Assembly (NCBI GenBank): GCA_965637545.1
Contig: OZ281499.1
Span: 20,894,001-20,958,000, forward strand
DNA from: Phallusia mammillata
Lineage: Eukaryota
DNA length: 64,000 bases
Direction of reading: 5' to 3'
Under the pieces are notes generated by a model. The model was not told the DNA's origin and searched no databases. It was given only the letters and a program-made list of their open reading frames with translations. Below, one piece after another: positions 28,001 to 41,200 of the stretch. Each line of letters opens with the position of its first letter. Position 1 is the first letter of the stretch. A program made the translations under genes and the position numbers.

Positions 28001-29613
28001 CCTCAATGACGTAATTGTGCGTTGTTTCGTCACAAAACCGTTTGACAAAATGGAACCCGAAGTGCAGGTGTGTATTCATCAAAAACAATAATAAGGAAGT
28101 AATGGGTAAAAACATGTGCGTATATTCGGTCTATTTCACCTTTTTTCATGGGCGCGTAGCAGGAGTTAGTATTCTGGCGTACATAATCATACGAAAATTG
28201 AGCATCCAGAAGTTCGAATTGAGCAATTCCGGGAGCTGACCTACAGCAACCTAAGACAGTTGCTTAGTGGAATATGTTGCATGATATAAAACCAAAAAGC
28301 GGGTTATCTAAATTCTAAATAAACAAATGTCAACCTTTTAAGCTTGACTTACTGCGTTCCAACTGGGGTTCAGCTCTCATATTGGAGTTGAGTCAATCCA
28401 CTGTCTCTCCGGATTATTCCACGATCATGCAAGGAATTTGCTACAATATGAACAAAACCGGTAAGACAGTAGATTTGTATGGTACGAAAATACTATTAGT
28501 CCCAGATATTTCAAGCCTCATTGGCTTAAGAAGTTTCAGCATGCATATTGTCCACTTGAAAGTAGAAACATTTTTGGACTTCAAAAACGATCATGAAAGA
28601 TTTTATTTATTTCATATGTCAAAAAAGAAGGTCATTGCTGTGGACTAGAGTACCAAACCAAACCATTTAAACGGAAGCAAGAGCAACCAAACGTGATGTT
28701 TTTTCAGGTTCAGCAAGCTGCAACACTGATGAACTCCAGGGCGCCACACAGCGGTTATACAGCACCATGTCTAACTGCCTTAAAGCAAGATTAGACAAAA
28801 ACGAGAGAGAGTTCATTGCAAGTCTCACTATTCTTGGTAAAAAATAACAATGTTTTAGATTGCTGTCAAATTAACACATTAAACGTAACATAACAAATTC
28901 AATTGCGACCATAAGGTGGCTAACTTTCCATTTACAATTTGTGGTGTTTTAAGGAAAAATGCTTCATGTGATAATTACCAATTTGAAATTAACCTAACTT
29001 TATATTTCACTGCAGGCAGAAACGAAAAGTTTGCGAACGAAGTGACCCAGGTACAGGATTCATTTACTTCATATTTGAAAAGCAAATCTAACGATCAGTG
29101 TGATCTAGAAGTGAGGTAAGTGAAATGTTACTTAAAGAGTTGTTTGTTTGGTTAAAGCTTGCTCCAAATTATTTTTTTTTGTTTTTAATGTCAAGAGTTG
29201 CTGACAAAAAAACAAACAAAAACAACACAACCATGATTTGTCACACGAAAGGAATGTTTAAATCTTAACAGTAGTAAAGAACCTTATTATTGGTTCAAAT
29301 CTCATAAATTGGTCACTACGCCTCCGATAGTCTTAAGTTCACCCTGTTCACACGATACACATGCTTTTCTAGCGGGATATTGTAAAGCCTCTAAAATACT
29401 GCACAAAAACATTTGAGCAGATTTTGCGACTGATATTAACAAATGATGTTCTTTGCAATTTCTAGACAAGTCGTGACTTCGAACGTGCTGAAAAGCATTC
29501 AGAACACATCCGAGACCGACGTTCAGAAGCTCTTCGTTCAACAATCAACCAACCCAGAGTTTGTTGACAGTTTCATCACCGCGGCTTACGCCAAGCTTCG
29601 GGCTGCATTGTGA
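25068..29613 (+). CDS. NR2E1: Nuclear receptor tailless/TLX (NR2E1) with a divergent ligand-binding domain
   Basis: Exons 25068-25200, 25413-25546, 25943-26050, 26269-~26410, ~26569-26760, ~26938-27169, ~27857-28070, ~28343-28461, ~28709-28836, ~29016-29115, ~29465-29613. [43 protein letters not shown], with the CDGCSG P-box of TLX, then [26 protein letters not shown]|HERGPRNS. Confidence 0.88.
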
Positions 29614-30811
29614 TTGTAAATACGCCCCAGAACATTTTTGCAAAAGTTCAAGACAAAAACCATACTGAAAAGACACAGGGACGGGAAAAAGGTTACAAAG
29701 GAAATATGTGTCATTTTGAAGGGTCTTCGATTTTCAAACAATCCCTGACATCGCAGTTTCCATGTACCTGTACCGGTTACGTGATTTGTTACTAATTATA
29801 ACTTTGAAACGACTTAAAAATGCTTTTGTTTACAACACATTTACCTGTCTCATAAACTACAAAATGAAGGTGCAACTATTGTCGTTAAAGTGTAAACATT
29901 TTGTACGTTACCTTCTTTCGTGTATTTATCTTGTGTTCCGCAATGAAAGTGTACAACATGCTGGTGGAGTCATTGTCAATTTGCGATGCAACGAATTAAA
30001 AAGCAGAGATTCCTTCCCGTAACACAAGTTGTTGCGAAAATACTACGAAAATTTTGCTTAATAGTTTATACAACCTCTAGTGATTCGGGCCTTAATGCAA
30101 TTAGCCGAGGTTGTTTCAAGTTCAAAAAAGGAAGCATTACAGGATGTAAACAAAGTTGTCAGTGTGTTGCCTTTTGCACCTTTGCAGCGATTGCAGACAG
30201 AAACTTTGAGCTCCACAGCAATGTAGAAAGTATGGTTTGGTCGAACAAGTAGCAAAAGAAACTGGCATCAACAAAATTAATGACCATTTAATGGACGTAG
30301 GTTTGTGACGGACAGAACCATTAATAGCTTATTTTTGTCCTTAAAGTGCTCGATCCCCAACAAGCAAATGGTACAGACTTTTGGTGGTCACATTGATAAC
30401 GCAAAGAACAGCTAAATGCACAAATGCAGCGACACGCACGTTTTTACGCTTTAAAAGTTCGTGGCAAATCACGACTGGGGCATAAGGAAGTTCAACGTAG
30501 TAACTCGACACCGCCGTCCCACGAGAATAGTTGTTTAAACCACACGCTGGATAACAAAGTCTCCGTGTGGTTGCAGCTTGTGAAGGTTTTAGTTATTTGG
30601 TGCAGCTTCCTGCTGTTGCGAACTGATAGCACAAAAAAAGAGAATGTAAGGACATGATGCAAGCTAATCGTATTGAAGATTGAAAGTTCTGCCGCACTGC
30701 CACGGCAAATGCGTCAAAAATACGAAAAGTCGGATTCAATGCCAAACCTTGCATTTCTGTTTGCACAGAAAATATATTGTACTATAACACCTTTGATGTG
30801 AGTGTTGGTCA

Positions 30812-33800
30812 ATGGAAAAAACTGGTGAAACACGAATCGACTATTCAACCGGTCGCCTTGTTACTGCTGATGAGAAAGAACCGCAAGAGTGTCATGTGAA
30901 AGGTAAGGAAGCATAACACAGAGCAAAGGTAACTAAAATATGAGAAACAATTAAGATGAGTTTTATCAAAGTTGTTCAAAGGTGACATGGCAGTAAGTTT
31001 AACATTTCAATCAAGTACGTTTCAACTCGCGTGTCCTATATCTTGAACTTTACAATCCATTTTTGCAGGATGTATTCCTGATTGGTTGAATGGAGATGTA
31101 CTGCGCAACGGGCCTGGCGAGTTTGAATTGGGACCTGACAAGTTTGAGCATTTGTTTGACGGACATGCATTCATTCACAAGTTTGTGTTGCGTAATTAGT
31201 CAAATTAAATTTTAAGTTTACTCCAACAAAGGCTGGTATACCCTAGTTAGAAAAATTAACTAGACATAAACCACATTGGGACAAAGTGCACAATGTCCAA
31301 GCAGTTCCATAAAACCAAAGCGGTGTGTTTCGGCACAGTGTCATATATCAGTATGAAAGAAAATGTGCATACCAATTTATTATTGTATCAGCACATTGCT
31401 TTTGAACTGGAAAGAACTTCAATTTTTAAGACCACTTTTTCGCGTTATAGTTCTATTAATAGCTGTGTTGACATTAACCACAGGGGCCATCTAGGGTTAA
31501 TGCAATTTTCGTTAAAGTCACAGGATGTGATTGATCGTAAATTGTGGCCCGAGCAATACGGGATCAATAACTTTAAATTACGTAATCATTCTCCAGGTTC
31601 AGTATCAAGAATGGCAAAGTAAAGTACTCGGGAAAGTTTGTTCGTTCGGAGAAATTTAAAACCAACCGACAATACAACCGTATTTTGTGTGGAGGATTAG
31701 GCACCAAGTCCTACCCTGACCCATGCAAGAACATATTTTCAAGGTTAAGGTTTATGATTTGACTATGTCATTTTTATCAATATATATTAAAGGCAATGTC
31801 TAATATCCGAGTTTCAAAACCGCAAAAAAAAAGTTTTGCACTGATGCAGTTATATTTTGATTTGATATGGCAATATGTACCGCAATAAAAAAGTTACAAA
31901 AACATTTATTTTCAGGTTTTTTACAGTTCTTACAACATCTCCACCCCTGGAAAATTGCAACGTAAATATAGCGTCGTTGGGAAATGTGCATTACGCTTTA
32001 ACCGACGGCAGTATTGCGTATCGCTTCGACCCTGAAACACTGGACACGAAAACAACAGTTAATATGATTGATGTTCTTAACATTCCCTTGAGCACAGCTC
32101 ACCCACACGTTGGTAAGTGAAATCAGACTCTGACTCTGAGAAATCAGATATGCGGACTTGAAGTTTTCTTTAAACAAATAAATTTATGTTTTTGAAAAAC
32201 GTTTTTTAGGAAAAAGTTGTGATGATGAACACACTGCTTATTTTGTAATAAGTGGCTTTTTAATTACGTTCTAGACAAGCTAGAAAATAGATTTGTGGAT
32301 TTGAAATTTATGTTTTTGAAAACTAAGTTTTAGAGAAAAAGGTTTACATCGCTGGATAGTGACAAAACTTATTTTTTGCAATTGCGTTCTTATCGCAAAA
32401 TTTTATGTGATCTATTTTTACTTTTTGAAAATAAGCCCAGTTTTATTGACCTGATATATTGACCTGAAAAATTTGGTTTTTTTCATAAACTTGAATCAAT
32501 TAACATAGCCTAAGGTTCATTATAGTCTTCATCCACCAAGCAACGAAATGGGAGATTCTAGTTTTTTCAGTATTGTTAAGCCAATTTGTTTCCATATTTA
32601 CAGATACCAATGGGGATTACTACAACCTCGCCGTAACATTCGGTCGAAATGCGAATTACAATGTGGTAAAAGTTCCAGCGAGTAGTTCAAGCAAGAAAGA
32701 TCCCTTGCAAGACATTAAAATACACTCAAGTATAAAAGTAGACAATCCCTTGCAACCAACCTACTTTCACAGGTAAGTTTTAAACCGTTCTCATTACCGT
32801 TTAGTAAGGATTGAAACAAACCGCATGTAACATACGATTATATTGTGAAGCTAATATCTTTTGTTGCCCGGTTGATGATTCTAATCATGCTCCTACTTTC
32901 GTACAATTCCCTGAAAAGTCTCGTTTTATTTTAGCAACCAATTCATCTTAACAAAGCTTAAATCAAAATCCCTAAAACGAAACACCCGTGACAGAAATAA
33001 ATGAGCGTAAATACTTCATAATTGCCACTTATTGTACATGTTTGTGTTAAGTGTAACCTAAATTGTCTGCTTATAAAACCGGCCAAATCAACTGGTTTAA
33101 AATTTTGTTTGTAGCTTTGCACTCACCGAAAACTTCATTGCATTCCATGATCAACCATATCGAATCCAAGTTCCCAAATTTCTGTGGAAACTGGCCACGT
33201 GGGAACCAGCTGTTGATTCATTTCGAGTCGACCCTTCAAGAAAGTCTCTGGTAAACAAAATGTTGGTGAAGTTAATGTGGGTGTTTGACAGAAAATAAAA
33301 CTACAGATTTACCCATTTCACCAAAAGAGTAATTATTGTTGCAAGCCGGGTTGAATCGTATAACAAGTTAGTAGACGAAGGACATTAACAGAAATATAAC
33401 CAAACTGTTTAAAATTTGCGAAAAGTGCAGTATTACATTGCTATTAATCACACGTGTAATAAGGATTCACTGCTTTAAAATTTTGGATATTGTGAGAAAT
33501 TATTCATAATTTTTTTGACAACAATCAAAAACAAATTTTGTGTTTTTAGTTTCATGTTATCGAGAAGAAGTCGGGTGCTCAAATTCCAATAAGGTATGAA
33601 ACTAAGGGGGAGTTTTGTTTCCACTTCGTTAACAGTTTTGAAACAAGCGTAGAAGGGAGAAACTTTTTGGTGATTGACTTGTGTTGCCCAGCAGTCGGCT
33701 ATTTGAATGAAGGGATTTTGTAAGTAGCCTATACGTGACAAAGTCTTTGTCCAAGAATAAAATATAATTTAAAACATGTTTTCAAACAAGTTAAAACGAA

Positions 33801-35165
33801 GCAATACAAACATGTCCTTTTTGCAGCATTTTAAAGAACCTGAGGAAGCCTATGGTGCCGTATAAAACGCCAACGAAATTTAATCGATACTTTCTCCCTT
33901 TGGAAGTGGATGAAACAACACCAAAAGGTAAAGGTTAAAGTTTACAAGTTGCATTACTAATACTAACATTTTGTAGTGGTTTCAATAAATGTAAATGAAG
34001 TTCAAATACTTAACAAAACAAAGAGAAATTATAGTGATTTTATTTTAACGGATTGCACATTATCAGTTATTTTTTCACCTTTAGACGTGAACTTGGTTAA
34101 CATCGAGGGCTGCATGGCGGAAGCCAAAGTACACGATGATGGGTCGGTTACTTTGACAGGAGATGTGGTTTTGGATATGCCAAACTCTGGAGTCTTAGAG
34201 CTGCCCCGCATCAATTACAACTACAATGGAAAAGATTATAGGTTGGCAAATAGCTGATTGGATCTATAACGTTAATACTATAGGCCTACTACAAAACTGT
34301 TTGTACATTTAAAAGAAGTTTCACAAACCATAACTAACGAATTTGATTTGTCTGATTTAAACTATTTTGTGTTTCCAGATATTTCTATTCCGTATCGTTT
34401 TTGGATGAAGACGGCGGTGGTCAACTAGTTAAGGCTGATATACAAACCAAAAGCGGAATAAAGTGGAAAGAAACGGTTTGACACGATGCTTATTAGTTTA
34501 TTCAACTGGCCATGTTCATAGAAAGAGTGCAGTCACGACAAAAAATTTTAATCATTAAGTTAAAAAATACTCTATTACTTTTTTGTTTCAAAAAAGCGAC
34601 AGAAAAGAATTTAACACAATTGAAAACAAGGTGAAAACAGACACAATAAACTAAATACTCAATGTTTTGTTTGCATTGGTACCTTTCAGTAGTACATGAA
34701 TAGGTTCTTACATATTTTGATGATAAGTGCTATTAAGAGGTTCCCAAGTTGTGTAAGTGGTGCAACAAGTTTGAAGAATCTAAGTTTCGTGTATTTAGGG
34801 ATGCATTCCATCGGAGCCAGTATTTGTGGAGAGACCAGGAGCAACAGAAGAAGATGACGGAATTGTACTTTCAACTGTTATAAACCAAGATCCTGACGAA
34901 CCCGTGTTTCTACTTATTCTCGATGCTAAAACATTCACAGAAATTGCCCGGGCAGAGGTATGACTACGTTTCGAATTTAACCCAAACAATGTATGGAATA
35001 AATAAATTTACTTGCTTCGAGAATGCTGTGAAACCAAGCTATATTAGTTTAAAACTATACTTAACGTCTGCATAAAAACTTGTTTGCTCAGGTCGTACTT
35101 TCATTTTATAGGTTAAAACGAAACTTCCATTGTCTTTTCACGGAATATTTGACGTTAAATCTTGA
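30812..35165 (+). CDS. Carotenoid cleavage oxygenase (BCO/RPE65 family), tandem copy 1
   Basis: 12 exons, in frame from [12 protein letters not shown] to [14 protein letters not shown]. Motifs [52 protein letters not shown]. All four Fe-binding His are present. Confidence 0.93.
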
Positions 35166-36759
35166 GGTTTTGGAAAATGGAAGTACATCAAACATCATTC
35201 AAATTGAACAAAATACCATCCACTACTTTGTGTGCAACTAACACTTGCACTATTCTCACATTTGATGCTGCAATTTATGCTCAAACCTTTTTGTACAGAA
35301 TGCTGAACCCAAATCAGGAAACCAGTAGTTTTTAACTTTAGCGATGAGCTTATATAGCAGTTTAGCCTAAATACTTTTGTATACTCAAGTGGGATTATTA
35401 TTTTTGTAGGATTACTAATAACTGTGTAAAATTAGTAGTGTCGTCTTTTCTATGTACAAATACATATTCATGCTCATAAAAAAGGTACCCAAAAACGAAA
35501 TAGTTAACGCAAAAAGCAGAAGCCTTACAGAATTCAATAGTTACCTTGCCAATCAATAGTAACCTTGCCCCGCGAAAATCAATGTTTAGAAATCAATCAA
35601 GCATAACGACTGAGTTGCTGGCCATGACGACTTTGCTAGTTTACAGTTAAGTTAATAAAGTATACCGAAGTAAGTAAATATTGAAAGATCATTAAAAAAA
35701 TCTGAGAAAAAATTAACTTGGCTGGGACAACGTGTGCAATTTATTTAGCAATGAAAGCACAGCACACTGAAACGACCTAAGTCACATTGTGCAAAAAACA
35801 TCAAATAAAAAAACTAACATATGGTCTGAGTCCATAAAAGATCCATTAAACGTGGACAAGGCTACAATGAGTACCAATTCATTACAGCCAAAACAAGCCA
35901 GACGCTGTATGCAGACAATTTGCTTACAAGCCTACCTTGTTACTATTACAACAGTCAAATCATGCAATTCAAATACGCCCCAAAGGCACCATTGTCCTCG
36001 AACTCATGCAGAGGCACAGTTATCCCTATTTCAAACATTACCCCAAAAACTAGGACAAGTAGTGAGTTAAGTAGCTTATGTATTTAATTAGGTATTAAGT
36101 CCAATTTGAGTCATTCTTCGCACGCAGACAAATCTGCATGTCCAACCTTCTATGATACTGATGAAACAGTTAAAGCCGCTATTCAAACATAATAAAAACG
36201 TGCGCCTGCTCTTAACTTATTGCCAGATCAATGGTTATCCTTTTTTACAAAACGAACCGCAAAAAACAGGCTCCAACGGCAGTACATTTTATTTAGCCCC
36301 TGTTCATTTGCGCTTGTTACCAGTCAGCTGAGATCAGGCATATAAGAGGTCGCACAGAAAAAGCAGTTTAGGTTGTAAACAAAGTTTAAACCAACACACT
36401 TAGAGCATTTATACGCAACCACTTCTTAAGCTACAAATTTACTGTTTTGAAGGAACAAATTTCTGTAGCTTTAACATTTTATGGCTTCCATAACAAGTGA
36501 TTTTCTTTGCAAAAACAAGCTGCGTATTGCGGCAAAATATAACCTTCGGTGGTGCAATTATCTTTTACTTCGCCATTGAAGTGGAATAAATGTGCCCTAA
36601 AATTCACTGTCGTCATTTAAGAGATTTCAGTAGCGCGTATAGCCTCTATAAGAATGCAGAGAATACAGTTTGGGTCAGTATTACTTTGCTTTTATGATTG
36701 CTGTCAAAATATCTTGGTGCAGATGAGGATTTTTTATTCTTGTTAATATCAAGTTAAAC

Positions 36760-36992
36760 CAGTGGTTTTCAACTTTTTTCATTTGGGGACTTATTTTAGC
36801 AACCCACTGTAACTGACGACCCCCTCCCCCCAAAAAAACTAGACCAAAGTTGGTATAGGCAAAAATTAAGTACCATAACATAACACTCGGTAAATTAAAA
36901 GTATAAGATAGTCAGCTTTTTATTATAGGCCTTCGCGATCCGAGTAAAACGGCAAATTCCCCCCAAGGCGTCGCGATCGAAAAAAGCCACTG
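36760..36992. mobile_element. hAT-type MITE
   Basis: Termini CAGTGGTTTTCAAC / GAAAAAAGCCACTG. TSD AGTTAAAC / AGTGAAAC. Confidence 0.7.
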
Positions 36993-37695
36993 AGTGAAAC
37001 AAACTTTATGTAAATCTTTAATGAGTAGAGCATAAAGAACGAGTCAACACAACGTTATGTCCACATTGTCGAGACAATGTAGCAACAAGCCATAGCCATA
37101 AAATCAACTTTTTTGTTTGCTACACGTTTGCATGATAAATTTGTTACGTCTAGTAAAAGAACTGTATGACCGAGCAGCAAGCGCACTGCTCTAGTCAGCA
37201 AGCGCACTGCTCTCGGGTGCATGTAAACCATCGGTCAGTCGTGCATCATGCTATTGATTATCAGACAGTATTCAATATCGGGGTGGTATTGGATATCAAC
37301 ATGGTGGGAGCCTATAAGGAAGAAGTACAGAATGTACACAAACATACCAGTAAAAATGAGCATCCCAGAATGCCACGCAATCATAAGATGCGTTCAGTAT
37401 AACGCCTGTCCAGTATAATGATAAGATGGTTGTGTACGAAAAGTCTAGAACCCAGCAAGCACATATATTTATAGAACAACTCACATGAAAACGGTCTGTT
37501 GATTTTGCAAAACACAAAAAAGGCTAAATTTAAACGCAGCGAATTCAAATATAATGAGATGTAAGAATTTTGATAAATCGAATAAAGTCTTAGTCACATT
37601 AAATTATCAATTCTATGTTGAAAGAAAATTGCAGAACTATGTGAACAGAGATGGCTCAAAGATAAGATGCTCAACGAACCGTGCAGTGCACAAGC

Positions 37696-37903
37696 AGCCG
37701 TCCGAGCAAACATGCAGGCAGGTTGGTACTTTTCCAGCAATAATGGCAAACCACGGCTAAGGCGCAGACAATTTAACTTAGTAACTGAACACAACAGTTA
37801 GCCGTCCGAGCAAACATGCAGGCAGATTTGGCACGTTTCAAGCACTAATGGCAAACCACGGCTGAGGCGCAGACAATTTAACTTCGTAACTGGACACCAC
37901 AGT
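37696..37903. repeat. Two-unit ~104-bp tandem repeat upstream of oxygenase copy 2
   Basis: AGCCGTCCGAGCAAACATGCAGGCAG...ATGGCAAACCACGGCT...GCGCAGACAATTTAACTT repeated at 37696 and 37800. A 27-bp doublet follows at ~37931-37985. Confidence 0.8.
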
Positions 37904-38232
37904 GACGTTCTATAACAATAGTTTTTCAGAGGGTAAACAAGCGCACAGAGGATTTATAGGTAAACAAGCGCACAGAGGATTTATATAGCAACTGACTGAG
38001 GCTGAAATTAGTGCATTTGTGCAGTTTTCTGCTGTTGTGAAATGATGAGAGAGGAACAAGGACACGAAAAATGTAATTTCTGTACAATTATGTTATGCCA
38101 GGGTAAATGCATAGTTGAAAAATTATAAATACAACTTGAAAAATCGGGTGGAATGTCAAACCTTGTATATTTTCTTTATACAGAACTGTCGAATATATCG
38201 TATCATACCACATTTATGGTAAGTTTTAATAA

Positions 38233-41200
38233 ATGGACAATACCGGCGAAACACTGATCGACTACTCAGTCGGTCGCCTTGTTACTGCTGATGAGAAAGA
38301 ATCTCAAGAGTGTCAAGTGAAAGGTAAAAAAGACAGGGTAAATGTGATTAAATTCGACTTGGTTTAAAGACTTGCATTGCATGTAGATCTTAACCACGCA
38401 TGTTTATTTCCATTTTTTCTATCCTACATTTCGCAGGTTGTATTCCTGATTGGTTGAATGGAGATGTATTGCGCAACGGGCCTGGCGAGTTTGAGGTTGG
38501 ACCTGATAAGTTCGGGCATTTATTTGATGGACACGCGTTTATTCACAAGTTTGTGTTGCTAAATTAGTAAACATTATTTTCAATTTTGAGGAAATAAATC
38601 AGAGCCTGTATTTGTGCACAAAATATGACTACGTTTCGTACTATTATCACTATCTAATGTCAACACTGCTGTTGATAATACAAACCTTTGAAAACGTCAG
38701 TCTAGCAGCTTTTATTAAACGAAATTTGAAAATAGGTACACAATGGACGGTTTTGAATGATCTGAGCAAAAAAATTCGAGCCTGTATTTGTGCACAAAAT
38801 ATGACTACGTTTCGTACTATTATCATCATCAGGTCGTCAGAAATAAAAACTTCGTGTAGTGCCTTTTTTAACGTTGTGCGGCAACTGGTTGCATGCCTTC
38901 TATTACTTTTATTTCTGACGACCTGATGATGGCAATAGTACCTGTCGAAACGTAGTCATGTTTTATACACCAATATAGGCTCGAATTTTTTTGCTCAGAT
39001 CATTCAAAACCGTCCATTGTGTACCTATTTTCAAATTTGGTTTAATAAAAGCTGCTAGACTGACGTTTTCAAAGGTTTGTATTATCAACAGCAGTGATGA
39101 CATTAGATAGTGCCACGTTTGTAATTTTTTGTTATGTTTGCTGTGTGGCTCAAAATTCTAAGTGGGCTGGAAATTTAGACCAAATCCAGATTTTAACAAA
39201 AAAGAAGCACACGAAAAGTTGGAGAAAGCGGCAAAAATGATGCCAGGCATGTAGGGTTTGTCAAAACTCAAGCTAGAACCCGGCCGGACAATTCTGGTGT
39301 AGTTACCGTTAACGTGGCCGACTATTACCAACGGATCTTTAACTCTGACATAACATGATACCGTTAAAGGTTCAGCATCAAGAATGGCGAAGTGACCTAT
39401 TCGGGAAAGTTTGTTCGTTCGGAGATGTTTAAAACCAATCGACAATACAACCGTATTTTGTGTGGAGGATTAGGCACCAAGTCCTACCCAGACCCATGCA
39501 AGAACATATTTTCAAGGTAGTAGTTTGTTTAATTTTAAACTACTTGATACCCTTTTTGATATGCCTACATACAATCTAAGCGCAATTTCTAATCCATATG
39601 CTTCGACTTTACTAAAGGAGAAAATTCAGTTGCACAATTTGTTGAATGTTGATTCAGACTTCTGTTGGGGGATATGCTATTGGTACAATGTATGAATGTA
39701 TTTTCCGAAAAACTAAGTTTTATTTTCAGGTTTTTCACAGTTCTTACAACATCTCCATCCCTGGAAAATTGCAACGTGAATATAGCGTCGTTAGGAAATG
39801 TGCATTACGCTTTAACCGATGGTGGTTTTGCTTATCGCTTTGACCCTGAAACACTGGACACAAAAAAGCTAGTCAGTATGGTTGACGTTCTCAACATTCC
39901 CTTGAGCACAGCCCACCCACACATCGGTAAGCGAAAATTCGAGTTTTCTAAACAATTCTTAGAATGAGATATGCGAATTTAAAATTTCGGCTATTGTGAA
40001 GAACAAATAAAAATTTTAAAGATGATTTTTCAGCAAACAAAAGCTGTATGTCGCAAATATATTTTGTGATCTAATCTTACATTTGTAAAAAGTTATCTCC
40101 AAATCAACAGACACCAACGGGGATTACTACAATCTTGCAATAACATTCGGTCGAAATGCTTACTACAATGTGGTGAAAGTTCCAGCGAGTAGTTTGGGAA
40201 AAGAAGATCCGTTGTTCGACATGAAAATTCACGCAAAGATAAAAGTAGACAATCCCTTGCAACCAACCTACTTTCACAGGTAGTTCTTTCGATATTTGCC
40301 TTGTAAGTATTTAAACAAATGACATGTAACATATAATAATGTCAGCCATGAAGCGTTCATGCAAATCAGCGATCATGTAAAGCTGGCATGTGCAGCATAC
40401 GAGGCATACAACTGTGCTTGTGATTCGACGCTTAGTTGGTAAAGTGCGATTCCCGGAAAAGCTTCAATCTTGGGTCTAAAGTTCACGGCACGCTAGATTT
40501 TTATAGTCCATGATTTGTCATATGGAAGTGCTTGGTGATTGCTGATTTACCATTACGCCTTTAATAGGCCTGGCGTACCATGTTGCAAAACGACGGTATG
40601 CTTAAGGTAAAAGTTTTAGTATGCAAGACTGTTGGTTCTAACCCTGCTGTTACTTTAAAAATCCTATAAGCATTGTCCTTACCTCAAAGATTCAAAAACA
40701 TACAAACTACTTCATTACAACGACACTTACGGACCTAACCGAAATAGTTGATGTTTTGCCAGAAATAGAGTTTAAGAAAAATAAATGAATTTACCCAGTT
40801 AAACACAAACGGTAATTTTAAGTTTTTGTCAAGTGAAGCCTACGTTGTGTGTTTTAGTGAACTGACCTTTAAAACAAAGGTATGTTTTTAGCTTTGCACT
40901 CACCGAAAACTTCATTGCATTCCACGATCAACCATATCGAATCCACGTTCCCAAATTTCTGTGGAAAGCGGCCACGTGGCAACCACTTGTTGATTCATTT
41001 CGGGTCGACCACTCAAGAAAGTCCCTGGTAACAATGTTAATAAAGTCACCATAGAGCATTTACCAGGAAAATTATTACACTAGTTTTATGCGACGCTAAA
41101 TTTGTCTGACTGTATCCGATAGAGTATTTAACCGAAAAATTATTATACTGGTGTAACACACTAAGTTTGTCTGACTTTATCTAATAAGTGAACAACCACA

